Part shown: positions 27,381 to 39,993 of the stretch, in pieces | How positions within the stretch are numbered: position 1 is the first letter of the stretch | How the letters are laid out: every line of letters begins with the position of its first letter | Assembly: GCA_010909165.1 (NCBI GenBank) | Contig: MU008187.1 | Location: forward strand, 624,247 to 688,246 | Reading direction: 5' to 3' | DNA from: Anthoceros angustus | Taxonomy: Eukaryota > Plantae > Anthocerotophyta | Length of the DNA stretch: 64,000 nt | Notes under the pieces: generated by a model | Told to the model about the DNA's origin: nothing | The model's database searches: none | The model's input: the letters and a program-made list of their open reading frames with translations, nothing else | Made by a program: the position numbers and the translations under genes

Positions 27381-30300
27381 TGACAAAACAAGGAGCGGAA
27401 GCAATTGTGTGCAAGAGCAAAAAATGAAATAGGCAAGTTTCAAAACTGTGAGACATATAAAGTAGTTATAAAACTGAATCTACCGGTAGTGTCTGTTCAT
27501 GTCTAGGGTGCCCTAAGTTAAATCATAGAAATACTATGTTCAAACGTGCCTTAAATATGAGATCCTCTACACTCCCACTCGCTTTGGAACAACATGAAAT
27601 GAGGCTAACTAACTTACACGTCTAGTTCACTCTTGAACAACACTTGAAATACAGCAAGTCAACTTGATGAAGAGAAATTCTCTCGCTTATGAAACATTAT
27701 TTGACAAATCTGTGAGACCCAAAGTAGAAGAGAAATAATCATGTTTAGACTTTGATAAGCCCTTGGTAAATAAATCAGCTAGGTTCTCCTCTGTTGGGAC
27801 ATATTCAATAATAACTTGATGCTCAACAACTACAAATTCGCCTCCACCATTTGTGCAAACAGCTTTCAGCTGAACATTGAGTTGTTGTTCAGCCTTGTTG
27901 ATGTACTCAAGAAATCTATTTGCTGTTTCAGACTTGTGCCACAGAAAATACGTGTGTGTCATTCTAGTGGCGTCGTCCACAATAGGCATGAAGTACAAAG
28001 ACTGATTGAAGGAGGCACATGGCATAGTATCACATAGGTCTGTGTGGACCAATATATTCTAATGGAGAGATTGCTCGCATTGCAGGACTAGAGGGAAAGG
28101 GAGCTACACAACTCTTGGCATGTACTCAAGAAATCTATTTGCTGTTTCAGTCTTGTGCCACAGAAAATACGTGTGTGTCATTCTAGTGGTGTCGTCCACA
28201 ATAGGCATGAAGTACAAAGACTGATTGAAGGAGGCACATGGCATAGTATCACATAGGTCTGTGTGGACCAATATATTCTAATGGAGAGATTGCTCGCATT
28301 GCAGGACTAGAGGGAAAGGGAGCTACACAACTCTTGGCATGTACTCAAGAAATCTATTTGCTGTTTCAGTCTTGTGCCACAGAAAATACGTGTGTGTCAT
28401 TCTAGTGGTGTCGTCCACAATAGGCATGAAGTACAAAGACTGATTGAAGGAGGCACATGGCATAGTATCACATAGGTCTGTGTGGACCAATATATTCTAA
28501 TGGAGAGATTGCTCGCGTTGCAGGACTAGAAGGAAAGGGAGCTACACAACTCTTGGCGTATACACATGACTCACATGGTGGTAACGGAGACAATTGAGAT
28601 AAAGGTTCTGCATAAAGCTGATTGTTTTGAGTGAGAGATACCAACTTATGTGAATTAACATGTGCTAGCCTATTGCTTGGATTGAGTCAAGCTTGCAACA
28701 TTGCCAACATGTGATGGGGGCAGATCTTTCCTGTATAGGTCATTAAAAGGTCAACCAGTACAAAGACATGACGAATTAGGAGGATTGATTGTGTCCCGGA
28801 TCATGCAGGTGTCTCCAGCAAAGTGAATAGTGTATTGATTTGATAGTGTAAGTTTGCGAATTGAAAGTAAGTTCTTAAACATTTGAGGGACATGGCAGAC
28901 ATCCTCTAACTTCATAATTCTACCTTCCTCACAGGACAACAACACAGTGCTTCTTCCTTGGACTTGAAGACCACTATCGTCACCCAACAGTACGAAGCTA
29001 CCTGGGTCACAAGACTGATCTAATGAAAAGAAAGATTCAGTGTGACAAATATGGGCTGAAGCTCCACTATCAATGTACCAACTGTACGTGTCTTTCTTTG
29101 TGGTGACCAAATATACAGCTAAGAGACCTTGTGTTTTTTGTTGTGCAATATTTACTAAAAGTGGTAATCCTCTCCTTGGATCTCCAGCTCTTTTCTTACG
29201 ACTTTCCTTCTTGTAATGTCTTTCTACTTAGCACCAATGGCAGGCTCCTTTCCTCCTTGGTGATGGAGATGAGGTGAACGGCCGATTGTTGTAAGGAGGA
29301 CGTCCTAGTCCTCGTCCGCATCCTTGTCCTTTCCCTCTGCCTCGTATATATTAATGTGTTCGGAGACAGCTTCGTTTTCACCCATCTGCATCTCGTAAAA
29401 TGACTTTATTGCATTTAACACACTCATTGTATCTACTCCTTTGTAGAGTTGATTTAAGTTCCTCCATGCGGTGGTTGCATCTGTAGCTCCTGTAACATGC
29501 TGAGCAGTTGTCCTGTCAAGTCTAGATAAGATAATAGTGCGTGCCTCCTTATTGGTCTTCGCCCAAGCTGCTTCATCGATTACTAATGCTGGATTTGCTC
29601 CGATTGTTACAGGCTTGGCATAGGTGCCATCAACGACCGTCTAAAGGTCATTATCTTCTAGAATGCCCTGCATTCTTATCGCCCAAATGTCGTATTCCGT
29701 TCCAAAAAATCTGTTGCGCCCCTTAAAGTCGATATTGACTGTATTATTTATTGTCGGGCTGGTTGTGGTAGATATACTACCTGATCTAGATGCCATGTTT
29801 ATAAATCGTGTGGTTGTCCTAGTTTGAATATGCCTGCAATTTTTGTTAGGAGGAGACCACGTTCAAAAGGGCTCAATACCCTAATCATATTTTGCACTAG
29901 AAATGGTGCTAGCTACTGCGAACTTAATAAGCACATATTCAACGTACCACAAATTAGGTGAGGGTTCACTTACATCTATGGATTCTTCCATTTTGACAAA
30001 GGGTACATTGCTAGTGGTAGGATTCCTGGCTCTAATCAGAGATGTAATTTGCTGATCTATCTCAACTAATTTCTTGTGCAGCTTGGTGATGTCTGATTAC
30101 TGTCTAGTAATTACTTTCACTAAATTGGAGGAAGCTAAGCGGTGGCATTTTTCAAACTGCTGTAGGAAGGTAAATGCCTGCAATTGCAAATTCTCTATAC
30201 TTTCTATCTAACATTCAATGATTTGGATTGAAGTGCGCATTTGATGCCTTTTTGTCATTGTATTCAAAGCAGGGTCTTAAACTACATCTGCACTGTACAG

Positions 30301-30640
30301 GACCATGTGGCACCTGACTGGGAATTTTATGGCTACGGTGTTAGAAGGGTGAGAATTCATGCAAGAAATTCCCAGTGTTTCCACCGCTGTGCCTAGGCAT
30401 TATGCTAATATTTACAATTGTCTGTACATTAAGGCTATGATTGTTATGGCTCTGATACCATGACAAAACATAGGAGCGAAAGCAATTGTATGCAAGAACA
30501 AAAAAATGAATTAAGCAAGTGTCAAAACTGTGAGATATATAGCGTAGTTATAAAAATGAATCTAGTGTTTGTTCATGTCTGAGGTGCCCTAAGTTATTTC
30601 TTAGAAATACTATGTTCAAACGTGCCATTAATCCTCTACA
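27381..30640 (-). mobile_element. Ty1/Copia LTR retrotransposon, internally deleted and non-autonomous
   Basis: LTRs 27381-27571 and 30461-30640 (TG...CA). PBS TGGTATCAGAGC (tRNA-iMet) at 30449-30460. PPT at 27572-27582. TSD CTCCT/CTCTT. Protease WYIDSGAS, integrase RLAH...CESC and VHTDLC...VDDATR, RNase H end ENLADLFTKGL. Confidence 0.92.
27903..28557 (-). repeat. 219-bp tandem triplication inside the Copia integrase region
   Basis: Units start at 27903, 28122 and 28341 and are nearly identical. Confidence 0.95.
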
Positions 30641-32453
30641 CTCTTGAGTCTTGCTAGGGTTTATGTTTGAGCCAATTCAACCCTCAGAGACGGTCCTGTA
30701 ATGTGCTGAAATCTGCACGAAGCACAATTTTCATGACATATTTCCTTTTCCATAGGATGCAGGCACGTATGGCTTCATGGAATCTATGAGGATAGCTTGA
30801 ATGCAAGTTGTATTTGGCGATAACCATTTGGCATTTCCTTCCCACTTCGGATTCCCCGCATCCACATTCCTTCTTCACTCTTCCCACAGCCTCATGATTC
30901 CGGCACTTCTTCTCCACCGCAATACTCACTTCTTCTTCAAGACTCGCTCCTCACTCACCCTCCCCCTTCTCTTATCCTTAGCAATATCTTGCCATACTTG
31001 CTGGATCAAGTATGGGAAGAGATCAAACAAGCTTCCGTCTCAAGAACACGAGCAAGAGTCAAACAAGGGAGTCAGACAACGTGTTCCTGAACAGGTCGCA
31101 TCTCTTGAACATCTTGCTATCAGCATAGGATCCCTGGCATCTGCGATATCATCTTCAGCTTCCTGGGTGAAGTTCCGGGGTTGCAAAGACACGAATGTGA
31201 TCGGGAAGCACTGGAAGAATCACATGGGTGGTTGAGCTACGGTTGAGGATTTCAATGAGAGTACGTATCACATGGAGTGAGACATCGGGCAACGACATCC
31301 CTTCTTCTTAATTGGATTTGCTAAAAGTTAGACTACTTTGTGGGTGCTATCAATGGTATGGGGGCTAGGCATTTTCGTTCTCGTCACCTTCTCCGGATTC
31401 CCACTTTTTCACCAATATGCAATGAGGTTGCCTGAGGTATCACCAACCACGTGGACCACAGTGCTACATGTCATAAACCACCTTGCGGGTGCACGAACCG
31501 CCTCTCGGTAGACCAACCATTCACGGCGTGTATAAATCACCCAGTGGATGCATCAATCAAACACCAAACATACCAGCAGTATCATTAGATGCTTCCAATT
31601 TTCTTGAGCATTGAATTCGTTATAATTTAAAAAATATATTTTTAATTAAATGTTTTTGAGAAACAAAACGTGAATAAATAATATCAAGAAGAAAACCATG
31701 GCCAAAGGTTCAAAAAAGGAGAGTAGATGATACAAAATAACAAAAGATGCCAACTAAAGGCTGCCCGGATCAACAACCATCTAGCAGCCGGAAATTTTGT
31801 AAGTTTAGATACCATTAGAATACTATCATGTAAGTATTTTACGAAAATTCAAAATTTTTCATCTTCCAATACGCTTCTAACCATTATAAGAAGAGGTGCT
31901 TACCATCTTAAGGCCCCATTGAGCCTAAAGATAATAAACACCCTCCCCCCTTCCATAGGTTGTTCCTCTTTGTCTCTACCCCAAAAGTCTCCACGCCCAA
32001 ATACTAGATCAATTTCATTAAAAATGAAAGGAAAAATCAAATATAAATACTCGATCAATTTCACCGAAAAGAAAGGAACAAGGAAATTGAACGCCAAAAC
32101 ATGAGAGAGAAAAAACACATGATCTTTAGTGTCTCCCCCGCACTACCGCAAACCTAAGACATGATCTTTGTTGTCTCGCTCACAACAAGGGCCGCTGTCG
32201 GAAGGTTCTCCAAGTCCACGCCCTCTAAATTCCATGGAATGTAAATATTCAATAAATTTCATAAAGAAAAAAAGCAACAAGGAAATTGAATGCCAAAAAA
32301 TGCGAGAAAAATTATTTGATCTAGGTCCCATTGTTTTTGAGATTATGAGCCACAACCTTCAGAATCATAGGCGGCCCGACCACGTCAAAGTACCTCTCTA
32401 TAGGCTGCTTGCAAGGCGGACAAACACCTCCATCGCAACGACGCGCTGCAGCC

Positions 32454-32545
32454 AACAAGGTGGCAACATGGCTCGTTCACACGAGACCTTAGGGCTGCAG
32501 CAAACAAGCTGGCAACATGGCTCGCTCACACGAGATCTTAGGGCT
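32454..32545 (+). repeat. 49-bp tandem duplication upstream of the PPR gene
   Basis: aacaag(g/c)tggcaacatggctcg(t/c)tcacacgaga(c/t)cttagggct at 32454 and 32503. Confidence 0.9.
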
Positions 32546-32974
32546 TTCTGGCAGAGAAAACAGCATCACATATCGGAATTCCGGCAGCACGCGCGCATGC
32601 CTTTCTCCCGCAAGCGTAGGGCAGAACTCCATCGATTTCCAGGAGTCGGTACTTCCTGCACCAGGCATCCTAAACCCCTCGAACACCAAGCATGTTCTTG
32701 TGCTTCTCCTCCGGCTTCACCGAAGCGCCTGGATCGGTGATCGCCTCTTCTTCCCCACTTGAAGCCTGTTAACGGGTGAGCAATAACTCCCGGAGACTGA
32801 TTGGATGTTGCCAAAACCCTTTGAAAGTAGGGCCCACTTAAAGGCATGCTTAGAAGCTTGTGTTCGTAACTGGTCGAATTTCCCTATCTTGGGATTTCCA
32901 ACGGAAACGTAGTCCGATCATCATGGTGGGAGAGAGACATGCACAGATGTACATAGCTTGCGATCCCGATAGGC

Positions 32975-35113
32975 ATGGCTGTCTGGAGTCCTGCAGTTGA
33001 GTCGCGCAAAGGGCATCGGCACCCGTGGTGGGGACCGTGTTTGTGGAACCAACAAGAAGGTGAGAATGTAGGAACAGCTCCCGCTCAGCTGACGTCAAGG
33101 AATCAACTTTCGGCAAACAACGAAGCCGCCAAGTGCAGCACCTTCGCAACAAACTCAGCCCGGCGTGGAGGATGTTTGGCTGGAGACGGATCTTCCAGCA
33201 AGGCTCGTGGCTTGGATGTGCAGCTGGGTGCTCTGGCTATGGAACGAACATCCAGCTGGGGCGTGTCTGCAGGATTCGAAACGGGCGTAACCCCTGGAAC
33301 GGTAAGCCAACTATGTGAGCAGGGGCAGCTGCGTGAGGCCGTTGAAGCGTTGGGATATTTGGTGCACACAGACACTCATGTTGCCAAACCGATTTTGTAT
33401 GCGGTCCTAAAAGAATGTGTGGCGAAGAACGATCTAAGTCTGGCACGGCGGTTTCATGCTCTGGCGGTGAAGAAGGGATATGATAGGGCGGATACGTTCT
33501 TGTGCAACCACATCCTGCGAATGTATGCTTCTCATGACAGGTTGCAAGAGGCCATGGATGTGTTCAACATGGTGGCCAAACCAGATGCCTTCACGTGGTC
33601 AGCCATAATTTCTGCACATGTTAAGCACGGGCAGGATAAGCAGGCGATGCAACTTTATCATCGGATGCGCATGTCCTATGTGAAGCCAGATGGGCATGTG
33701 TTTGTAGCAGCTCTGCAGGCTTGTGCGAGGGGAAGAGACTTGAAGTCTGGACAGGAGGTGCATGCTCATGTGTTGGCTAGTGGCGTTGAGCGTGATCAGT
33801 TTGTATGTTGCTGCTTGGTGGATATGTATGCAAAGTGTGGCAGCCTGGAAGACGCTGAAAGAGTGTTTGACGGGCTTTCTCGGAAGGATGTGGTGATGTG
33901 GAGTGCCATGATAGCAGGATATTCCCAGCTGGCCATGGGTGATAAGGCCCTTTGTCTTTATAGTGCTATGCAAGAAGAAGGCATGGCTGCACCCAATTCT
34001 GTGACATTTGTATGCCTCCTGCAGGCATGTGCAAGTGTGGGCACTCGGGCTTTGGAGAAGGGGAAGCAGCTTCATGCACAGGTTAGGGAACGGGGATTCC
34101 ATGCCGATGTTGTTGTAGGTGGGAGCCTGGTGAACATGTATGCAAAGTGCGGCAGCCTGAAGGATGCTCGAGTTGTGTTTGACGGACTTGGTCACAAAAA
34201 CGAGGTGACATGGACTGCCATGATTGCAGGGTATTCCCAGCAGGGCATGGGGCACGAAGCCCTTCGTCTTTACAGTGCTATGCAAGAAGAAGGCCTGGCT
34301 GCAGCGGATTCTGTGACTTTCGTTTGTCTCTTGCAGGCATGTGCAAATGTGGCAGCTTTGCATCTCGGGAGGCAGCTTCATGCAGAAATTAAAGAAAAAG
34401 GACTTCAAGCTGACTTGTTTGTCGCCAGCAGTTTGATAAACATGTATGCTAAGTCAGGGTGTATGGTTGATGCACAGGAGGTGTTTGACGCATTGCCCAA
34501 ACGAGACGACGTCACCTGGAATGCACTGATTGCTGGATATACCTTACAAGGAGAGAGTGAAAAGGTTTTTGACTTGGTTCAGAAAATGAGGCAGGATGGC
34601 GTCCAGCCAGCCGGCATTACTTTCCTTAGTTTACTTACAGTCTGCAGTCATACGGGTCTAGTGAAAACGGGACAATATTACTTTGAGGCTATGAATAGAC
34701 AATATAGGATAAGTCCCACAGTGGAGCACTACACATGCATGGTGGATCTCCTGGGTCGTGCAGGCCAGCTGGATGAGGCGTTAGCTCTGGTAAGGGCAAT
34801 GCCTGTTCTGCCTGATACTGCAGTCTGGAGCACTCTATTGGGTGCGTGTCGAAAGTGGGGCAATGTGGAGGTGGGACGGTATGCTTTCGATGAAGCAGTG
34901 AAGCTGGACAAGAAAGATGACTCAGCATATGTGTTGATGTCAAACATATATACTGGTGCCCAGATGTGGGAGCAAGCACAGGAGATGCAGGCCATGAGAC
35001 TAAGAATCAGGGCATGGAAGCAACCAGGCCAGAGCTGGTGGACAGACTTGTACGGACTGGTACACAGTTTTGTGGTTGATATAAGGAATATCGCGGAAGT
35101 GAATGAAGCGTGA
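32975..35113 (+). CDS. PLS-class PPR protein with E1/E2 and PG box but no DYW domain (organellar RNA-editing factor type); single exon; first in-frame ATG at 33239
   Basis: Repeated P-L-S triplets (LVDMYAKCGSLEDA.VFD...DVVMWSAMIAGY...NSVTFVCLLQACA). Ends EHYTCMVDLLGRAG, VWSTLLGAC, AYVLMSNIY, KQPGQSWW, then stops 23 residues later. Confidence 0.95.
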   Translation: MAVWSPAVESRKGHRHPWWGPCLWNQQEGENVGTAPAQLTSRNQLSANNEAAKCSTFATNSARRGGCLAGDGSSSKARGLDVQLGALAMERTSSWGVSAGFETGVTPGTVSQLCEQGQLREAVEALGYLVHTDTHVAKPILYAVLKECVAKNDLSLARRFHALAVKKGYDRADTFLCNHILRMYASHDRLQEAMDVFNMVAKPDAFTWSAIISAHVKHGQDKQAMQLYHRMRMSYVKPDGHVFVAALQACARGRDLKSGQEVHAHVLASGVERDQFVCCCLVDMYAKCGSLEDAERVFDGLSRKDVVMWSAMIAGYSQLAMGDKALCLYSAMQEEGMAAPNSVTFVCLLQACASVGTRALEKGKQLHAQVRERGFHADVVVGGSLVNMYAKCGSLKDARVVFDGLGHKNEVTWTAMIAGYSQQGMGHEALRLYSAMQEEGLAAADSVTFVCLLQACANVAALHLGRQLHAEIKEKGLQADLFVASSLINMYAKSGCMVDAQEVFDALPKRDDVTWNALIAGYTLQGESEKVFDLVQKMRQDGVQPAGITFLSLLTVCSHTGLVKTGQYYFEAMNRQYRISPTVEHYTCMVDLLGRAGQLDEALALVRAMPVLPDTAVWSTLLGACRKWGNVEVGRYAFDEAVKLDKKDDSAYVLMSNIYTGAQMWEQAQEMQAMRLRIRAWKQPGQSWWTDLYGLVHSFVVDIRNIAEVNEA

Positions 35114-35938
35114 AACCATCTTTCTCTAAAAAGACAAGGGTGTGTTAGACACTTGGACTCATCACCGGCAGACATCCCTGACGATGCAATGGAAGCTCAT
35201 TTATATAGGCAGAGATGGCAGGGTTGTCACACTGCAAAGACCTTAAGAACAGCGCGGAAGCTGGATGTGAGTTGGATAAATGCAGTACAGGGACCGGAGA
35301 ATGTCTCTGTTAAGGGTAGGAAACCCCAGGGGCTGACTTCCTACATTGCCTAGACACACTGCAGGCATTTGACAGACGGTTACAACGTCTATCTCATCCA
35401 CGCGCTTCCGCAGCACGATGTTGTCCCCAGATCTAGGGCCACTGATGGGATAGGTGGGTGTAAGTTAGCAAGGAGGGACTTGAGTGACCCATGATGGAGG
35501 AAAGGACAAGGATGATTAGGATGAGGTCGTAGAAGAAGATGAGCTCATAGATGGTGCAGGTGACAGCCGGTCGTGTGAGTCTTCCAGACATAATGAGGAC
35601 CCTTGAAAATTCCCGGAATTTCTGGTCCTTCAACTGTAAGAGCGAGGCCTGCACGTTTAATGGCAGCTCTTCACCATGCAATGGTCCAAGAGACTTGGAT
35701 GTAGCGGATAGAAAGATGCTGAAGAAGCTCTCGGAGCCATAACTACAAGAAAAGTACTCTAACGCTTGTCAAGTCAGTGCAGTACAACTGTCAACTATCC
35801 AGCCTTCACAAAGCACACAATTGACAAATATATGAAACTTTGCTTGCGAAGGGTTTATCAGTTAACCAGTCGCCAATGGGGGAAACTACAGTGACGAATC
35901 TTCAGCGCTGATTCTCCACTGCATACTGGACCAGATAC

Positions 35939-38900
35939 TCACATATCTGCGCGCAGCACCCCTGCTATTTGTAGATCTAAACACACTATGGAGTGCCCCG
36001 GCAAAAGAACTTCCATCTCTGTACTTGGATTGGAGAGCACGGTTCTCTTCGGCACAACCTGTACAAGAACAGGTTGTGTATTCGGTGCAAAGTCCTTCTG
36101 TGGAGGAAACCGCCCAAGAAAAACATCAGATGGATAAAGACAGATTTTTCACCTTCTGCGGATGATTGAAGGAGTTCTCATCCATGACATTCTCCGAAGA
36201 CAGGACAGTCATGGATGATATAGCTGACAACCCGTCCAGGCCCTCGACTTCCAAATGCAGTGTTAGCAAATCAACTCCGAAATTGACAATCTGCAAAAGT
36301 GCAGAGGGACTTTATAGCCTCCGTTTGGCACACCTGCGGATTCTTCCCACCTAGCAGAGGGAGTAGTAAAAGATGATACCTTAATTACTAAGAAGTCACT
36401 TTGTTCAGTAATATCATGCCTGCGCAAAGCTGACGCTGCGATTGCTGAAGTGCCTGTGCTGGTACCTGCCTCTAGATAGAAAGGGAGTAAGATAGCTCCA
36501 TTTGAATGCTGGAACAACTTCTGAACCCAATAACTAGGAGTTCCGTATTGTTGCCAGGAGTTGAAGACAATAGCATCTGGATTCCATCTGCTTCCACGAA
36601 AATGAAGGTGCAAGTGGCACATATCAACACAGCAATGGGAGCAATCGACTCATGTCAATGGAGGAGCCACAGAACCAGGATCTCAAATACCTCCTGTCAT
36701 TCTCGTTGACGAATAGAGGTGCGTAACTTGCCATTTCCACGACATCACTGTTACAGGATACCAGCATCTTAGATCAAAAAATACCTTGCCTCAAAGAGTG
36801 CATACTTTTGCACATTCTGATGTCTCCCTACAGGACTGTTTAGCCCCCATGTCTGACCTGTTGAGCTCCAATCCTATCATGAAAGCTGCTTCCCCAAGAG
36901 CGGCCAAGAGGCTGCCTGTCCCTGAATCGGTGCCTACAACAGCATACTCACTAACAAACACCTACATGGTGGTGCAAATCAGAGGGCCACAAATTGGAGC
37001 TGGGACAGTGAAATGTGCTGAACAACCTGCCAAGGAATCCACTGCAGGGATGGTTACCTTGGGTCCAACTCTCGAGACATAATCGAATTGATGACTCATG
37101 GCAAACAGATTTGTTGCTGTGGTGTAGATCTACAAGAGCAAGAGCAAGGCACCGATGAGTTTTTGCTATGGAACCTGAAGAACTGTGACCCGGTGGAACA
37201 GGCAATTACATGAAAGTCATATAGATCTGCAGGATGATCCAGAGGTCTTAATGTTGCATCACAGTTCGAAATGAGCTTGATGTCGGGATAGTGCCTTTTG
37301 ATGGCTGCGTAGAACTCTAGGTAGTTCCCTGAAATGAGCCAAAGGCAGAGGTTATACAACAGTTTGCAAATATTTTACAAGTGTTAGAAATGAGACAACA
37401 AAGCCAAATTGGTATGTTTTTCAGCTCTACCTAAGTAGTTTAGTTTCCCACAATCCTCATTGCCGATAGCAATGTAACGCAGTGGAAAGGGATCAGGGTG
37501 ACCCATTTTTCCACGCAATGAACCCCACTCAGTGGTCACATCGCCCCTAGCAAACTCTATGCCATCAAGAGTGTCCTGCGTAACAACCCCAGCATTAATT
37601 TATCTGGGCGGGCTGACCAGTGGATGGGAAACAGTTTTGCAATTGCGGTTACCTTAATAAACGGGCCAATCAGCGACGTGGCAATCTCGTCACCGTGGCT
37701 GATGCCTGTAACCAACAGGCAGTCGATCAGTGACGTCCCCACTGTAGGTACAACTGGAGCAAGCCTCATGCTAATGCTGGATCACGCATTGAATCCCTGG
37801 AGCTGGCTTTACCGTTGTTGAAAACCCAAACCGGCAGGGTACCCAAGTCCTCTGCTAGCTGCAGGAGCCAAACACATTAAATAGTCAGCAAGGATTGCCG
37901 TTACCAAGGACCCGAATCAGGATGCTGCACCAAATGTCCCAGCGACATACTTGCAAATACTCAAAGTATCCAAGACCATCATCTGACCAGTAGTCCCACA
38001 CATCCCCCAAGTGACCAGGCCGCTCTTCCCACGGTCCCACAGTTTCTTTCCAGCGCCAAGCATTAGCCAATCGACCTCCCTCCACATAACAACCACCTAC
38101 AGCAACATCACCTCCCATGAGCAAATGATTGCCATAAGACTTGGTCCCAAGGTAAAGCTACTATGCATACGATGGAGGAAAAGGTGGAAGTACCTGGGAA
38201 TCGGAAAAAGGCAGGGTTTAAATCAGAAAGCATAGTAGCGAGCTGTTTGCGAAACCCATGTCCCTGCAAACAGGCAGCAGCCCAAAATTATGGAACTGGC
38301 TGGACCGATGAGACACTTGAGCACCAAGAGGTTTTAAATAAAAGCCGCACAACCCAGAGATGCAACCTTATATGTATCTACAGGCATAGCTGAAATCTGA
38401 TCCAACCAGATCGTTCCTTTGTCCCTGCTAAGCAACACAAGCCTTGCTTGATGGTCCGTTGCTGTTGCTTTTAGAGTAAGCTCCTGTCGGCTCCACCGAC
38501 TAGCGGACAAGCTGTCGACACTGACCACAATGCAAGGACATCAGTCTCAAGAAACCTGCCGTCAGAGTAACTGAGGGAAGAACCATGGGAGCCATCCGCC
38601 TTACATCAAATACTGCTGCGCCAGAATCTGCACCCCATCCGAAGAGGTAAATGCGACAGAGAGATTCACTGCACCTTTGGAGAGCAGCCAGAGGACAACC
38701 TTGTACTCGTTAGGGGCAGATATGTCCTGCACAAACGAACGACAGCTTTCATTAACTTCGTGCGGTCTGAAGAAGAACAGCAGCTGGCATCAAGGAAAGA
38801 CACCGAGTTGCTGTACCATGCCCCAGAAGCCTGGATTCGCCGTACCAACACCACCTTCAGGGCACGGATTCGAGCCAACTATATTGCATAGAACATCCAG

Positions 38901-39469
38901 ACGCAAAGCCACAGGATTCCGCTGGAAGCATGATGACCTATCAGTCTCTAAAGCTACTTGTGTTCCGTCCCCAACTCGATACCAAGGAGCTATGTTGGAT
39001 GGAGTAGTCTGACCACCTGCCTCAAAGCCTTTTCGGAAGAAGGTTGCGATTGGATTCAGAAAAACATATGGAAGGTGACAATGTGCACAAGGAAAGGTGC
39101 GTTCGCCGTACATTACCCCGATTGCTCACCAATTCTGCCCAGATGCCACCAGCTCCTGCATGATTGATTTCCTACCCAGAACACAAAGTGGTGCACCTTA
39201 ACAAGCAGCTCTCAGCTGACGAATTCGCTTTCAACAGCAGGAAACCAACAACCTCAGATGCTCAGACTCCAAAGCTGGCCAACCTCAAAGAAGATCCCAA
39301 ACAGTGTACGAGGGATGAGCCGGCCTTTGTGTGCAGGATCAACCGTCAAGGTCAGACCTCCGTCGGGCTCAGTTTGGGTCTCTGCGTGACCCTCATCGAT
39401 TGCTCGGACTGCCACCAAATTCACAAGAACTACAAGCAGTGCCAGCAGCAGAATCAGGCCCCCCAACAT
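35939..39469 (-). CDS. Alpha-L-arabinofuranosidase (GH51), multi-exon
   Basis: Signal peptide MLGGLILLLALLVV. Motifs IPRTLFGIFFE, RFPG|GCYVEG, WDYWSDDGLGYFEYLQ, YIAIGNED and FNSWQQYGTPSYWVQKLF. Last exon VVPKRTV...LRADM* with TGA at 35939-35941. Confidence 0.95.
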
Positions 39470-39993
39470 CCGACGCTGGTTCCGTAACGGACCGGGCGTG
39501 AATGTTGCGCTCAAATTCATCATGCAAGACATGGTTGCCGCAAACAGTCTTGAATTCCCAGACTAAGCTGTGGCCTGGTGCTGGAATCGTGCATTCGAGA
39601 ACATGATCGTTAACGCTCTCGAACGGCAAATTCGGAGGGCATGATCCCCAAAGCAACAATCCTGGACATCTGGGAGGCGGCGTTCACAACAAGAGGGCGG
39701 GCAGTGGGTCCGCCACAACAAGATGACCATCCATGCTGCAAGAATGAGCGGAAATAGGATAAAGCACATGCCTCGGTCCGTACCATGTCCCACGGCCACA
39801 GACAGATGGACAGCAGTCTGTTGCATGTTGCGTCGGGCAAAAATCTTCCAGATAAAAGGATGACGCAGTTGGACAGATATTTATGCATATACATTACACA
39901 CATCTTTGTCGCAATATGGACATCGTCCGAAGAGGGAAGAGGGCAGGCACTGACACAATCCACATCAGGACAACGTTTATTCAAAGTCACGAC

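Noticed and set aside
30684-31235. ORFs of 144 and 81 aa right of the Copia
   Set aside because: No recognisable family; the opposite strand has scattered TGA stops suggesting decayed TE sequence that cannot be classified by eye.
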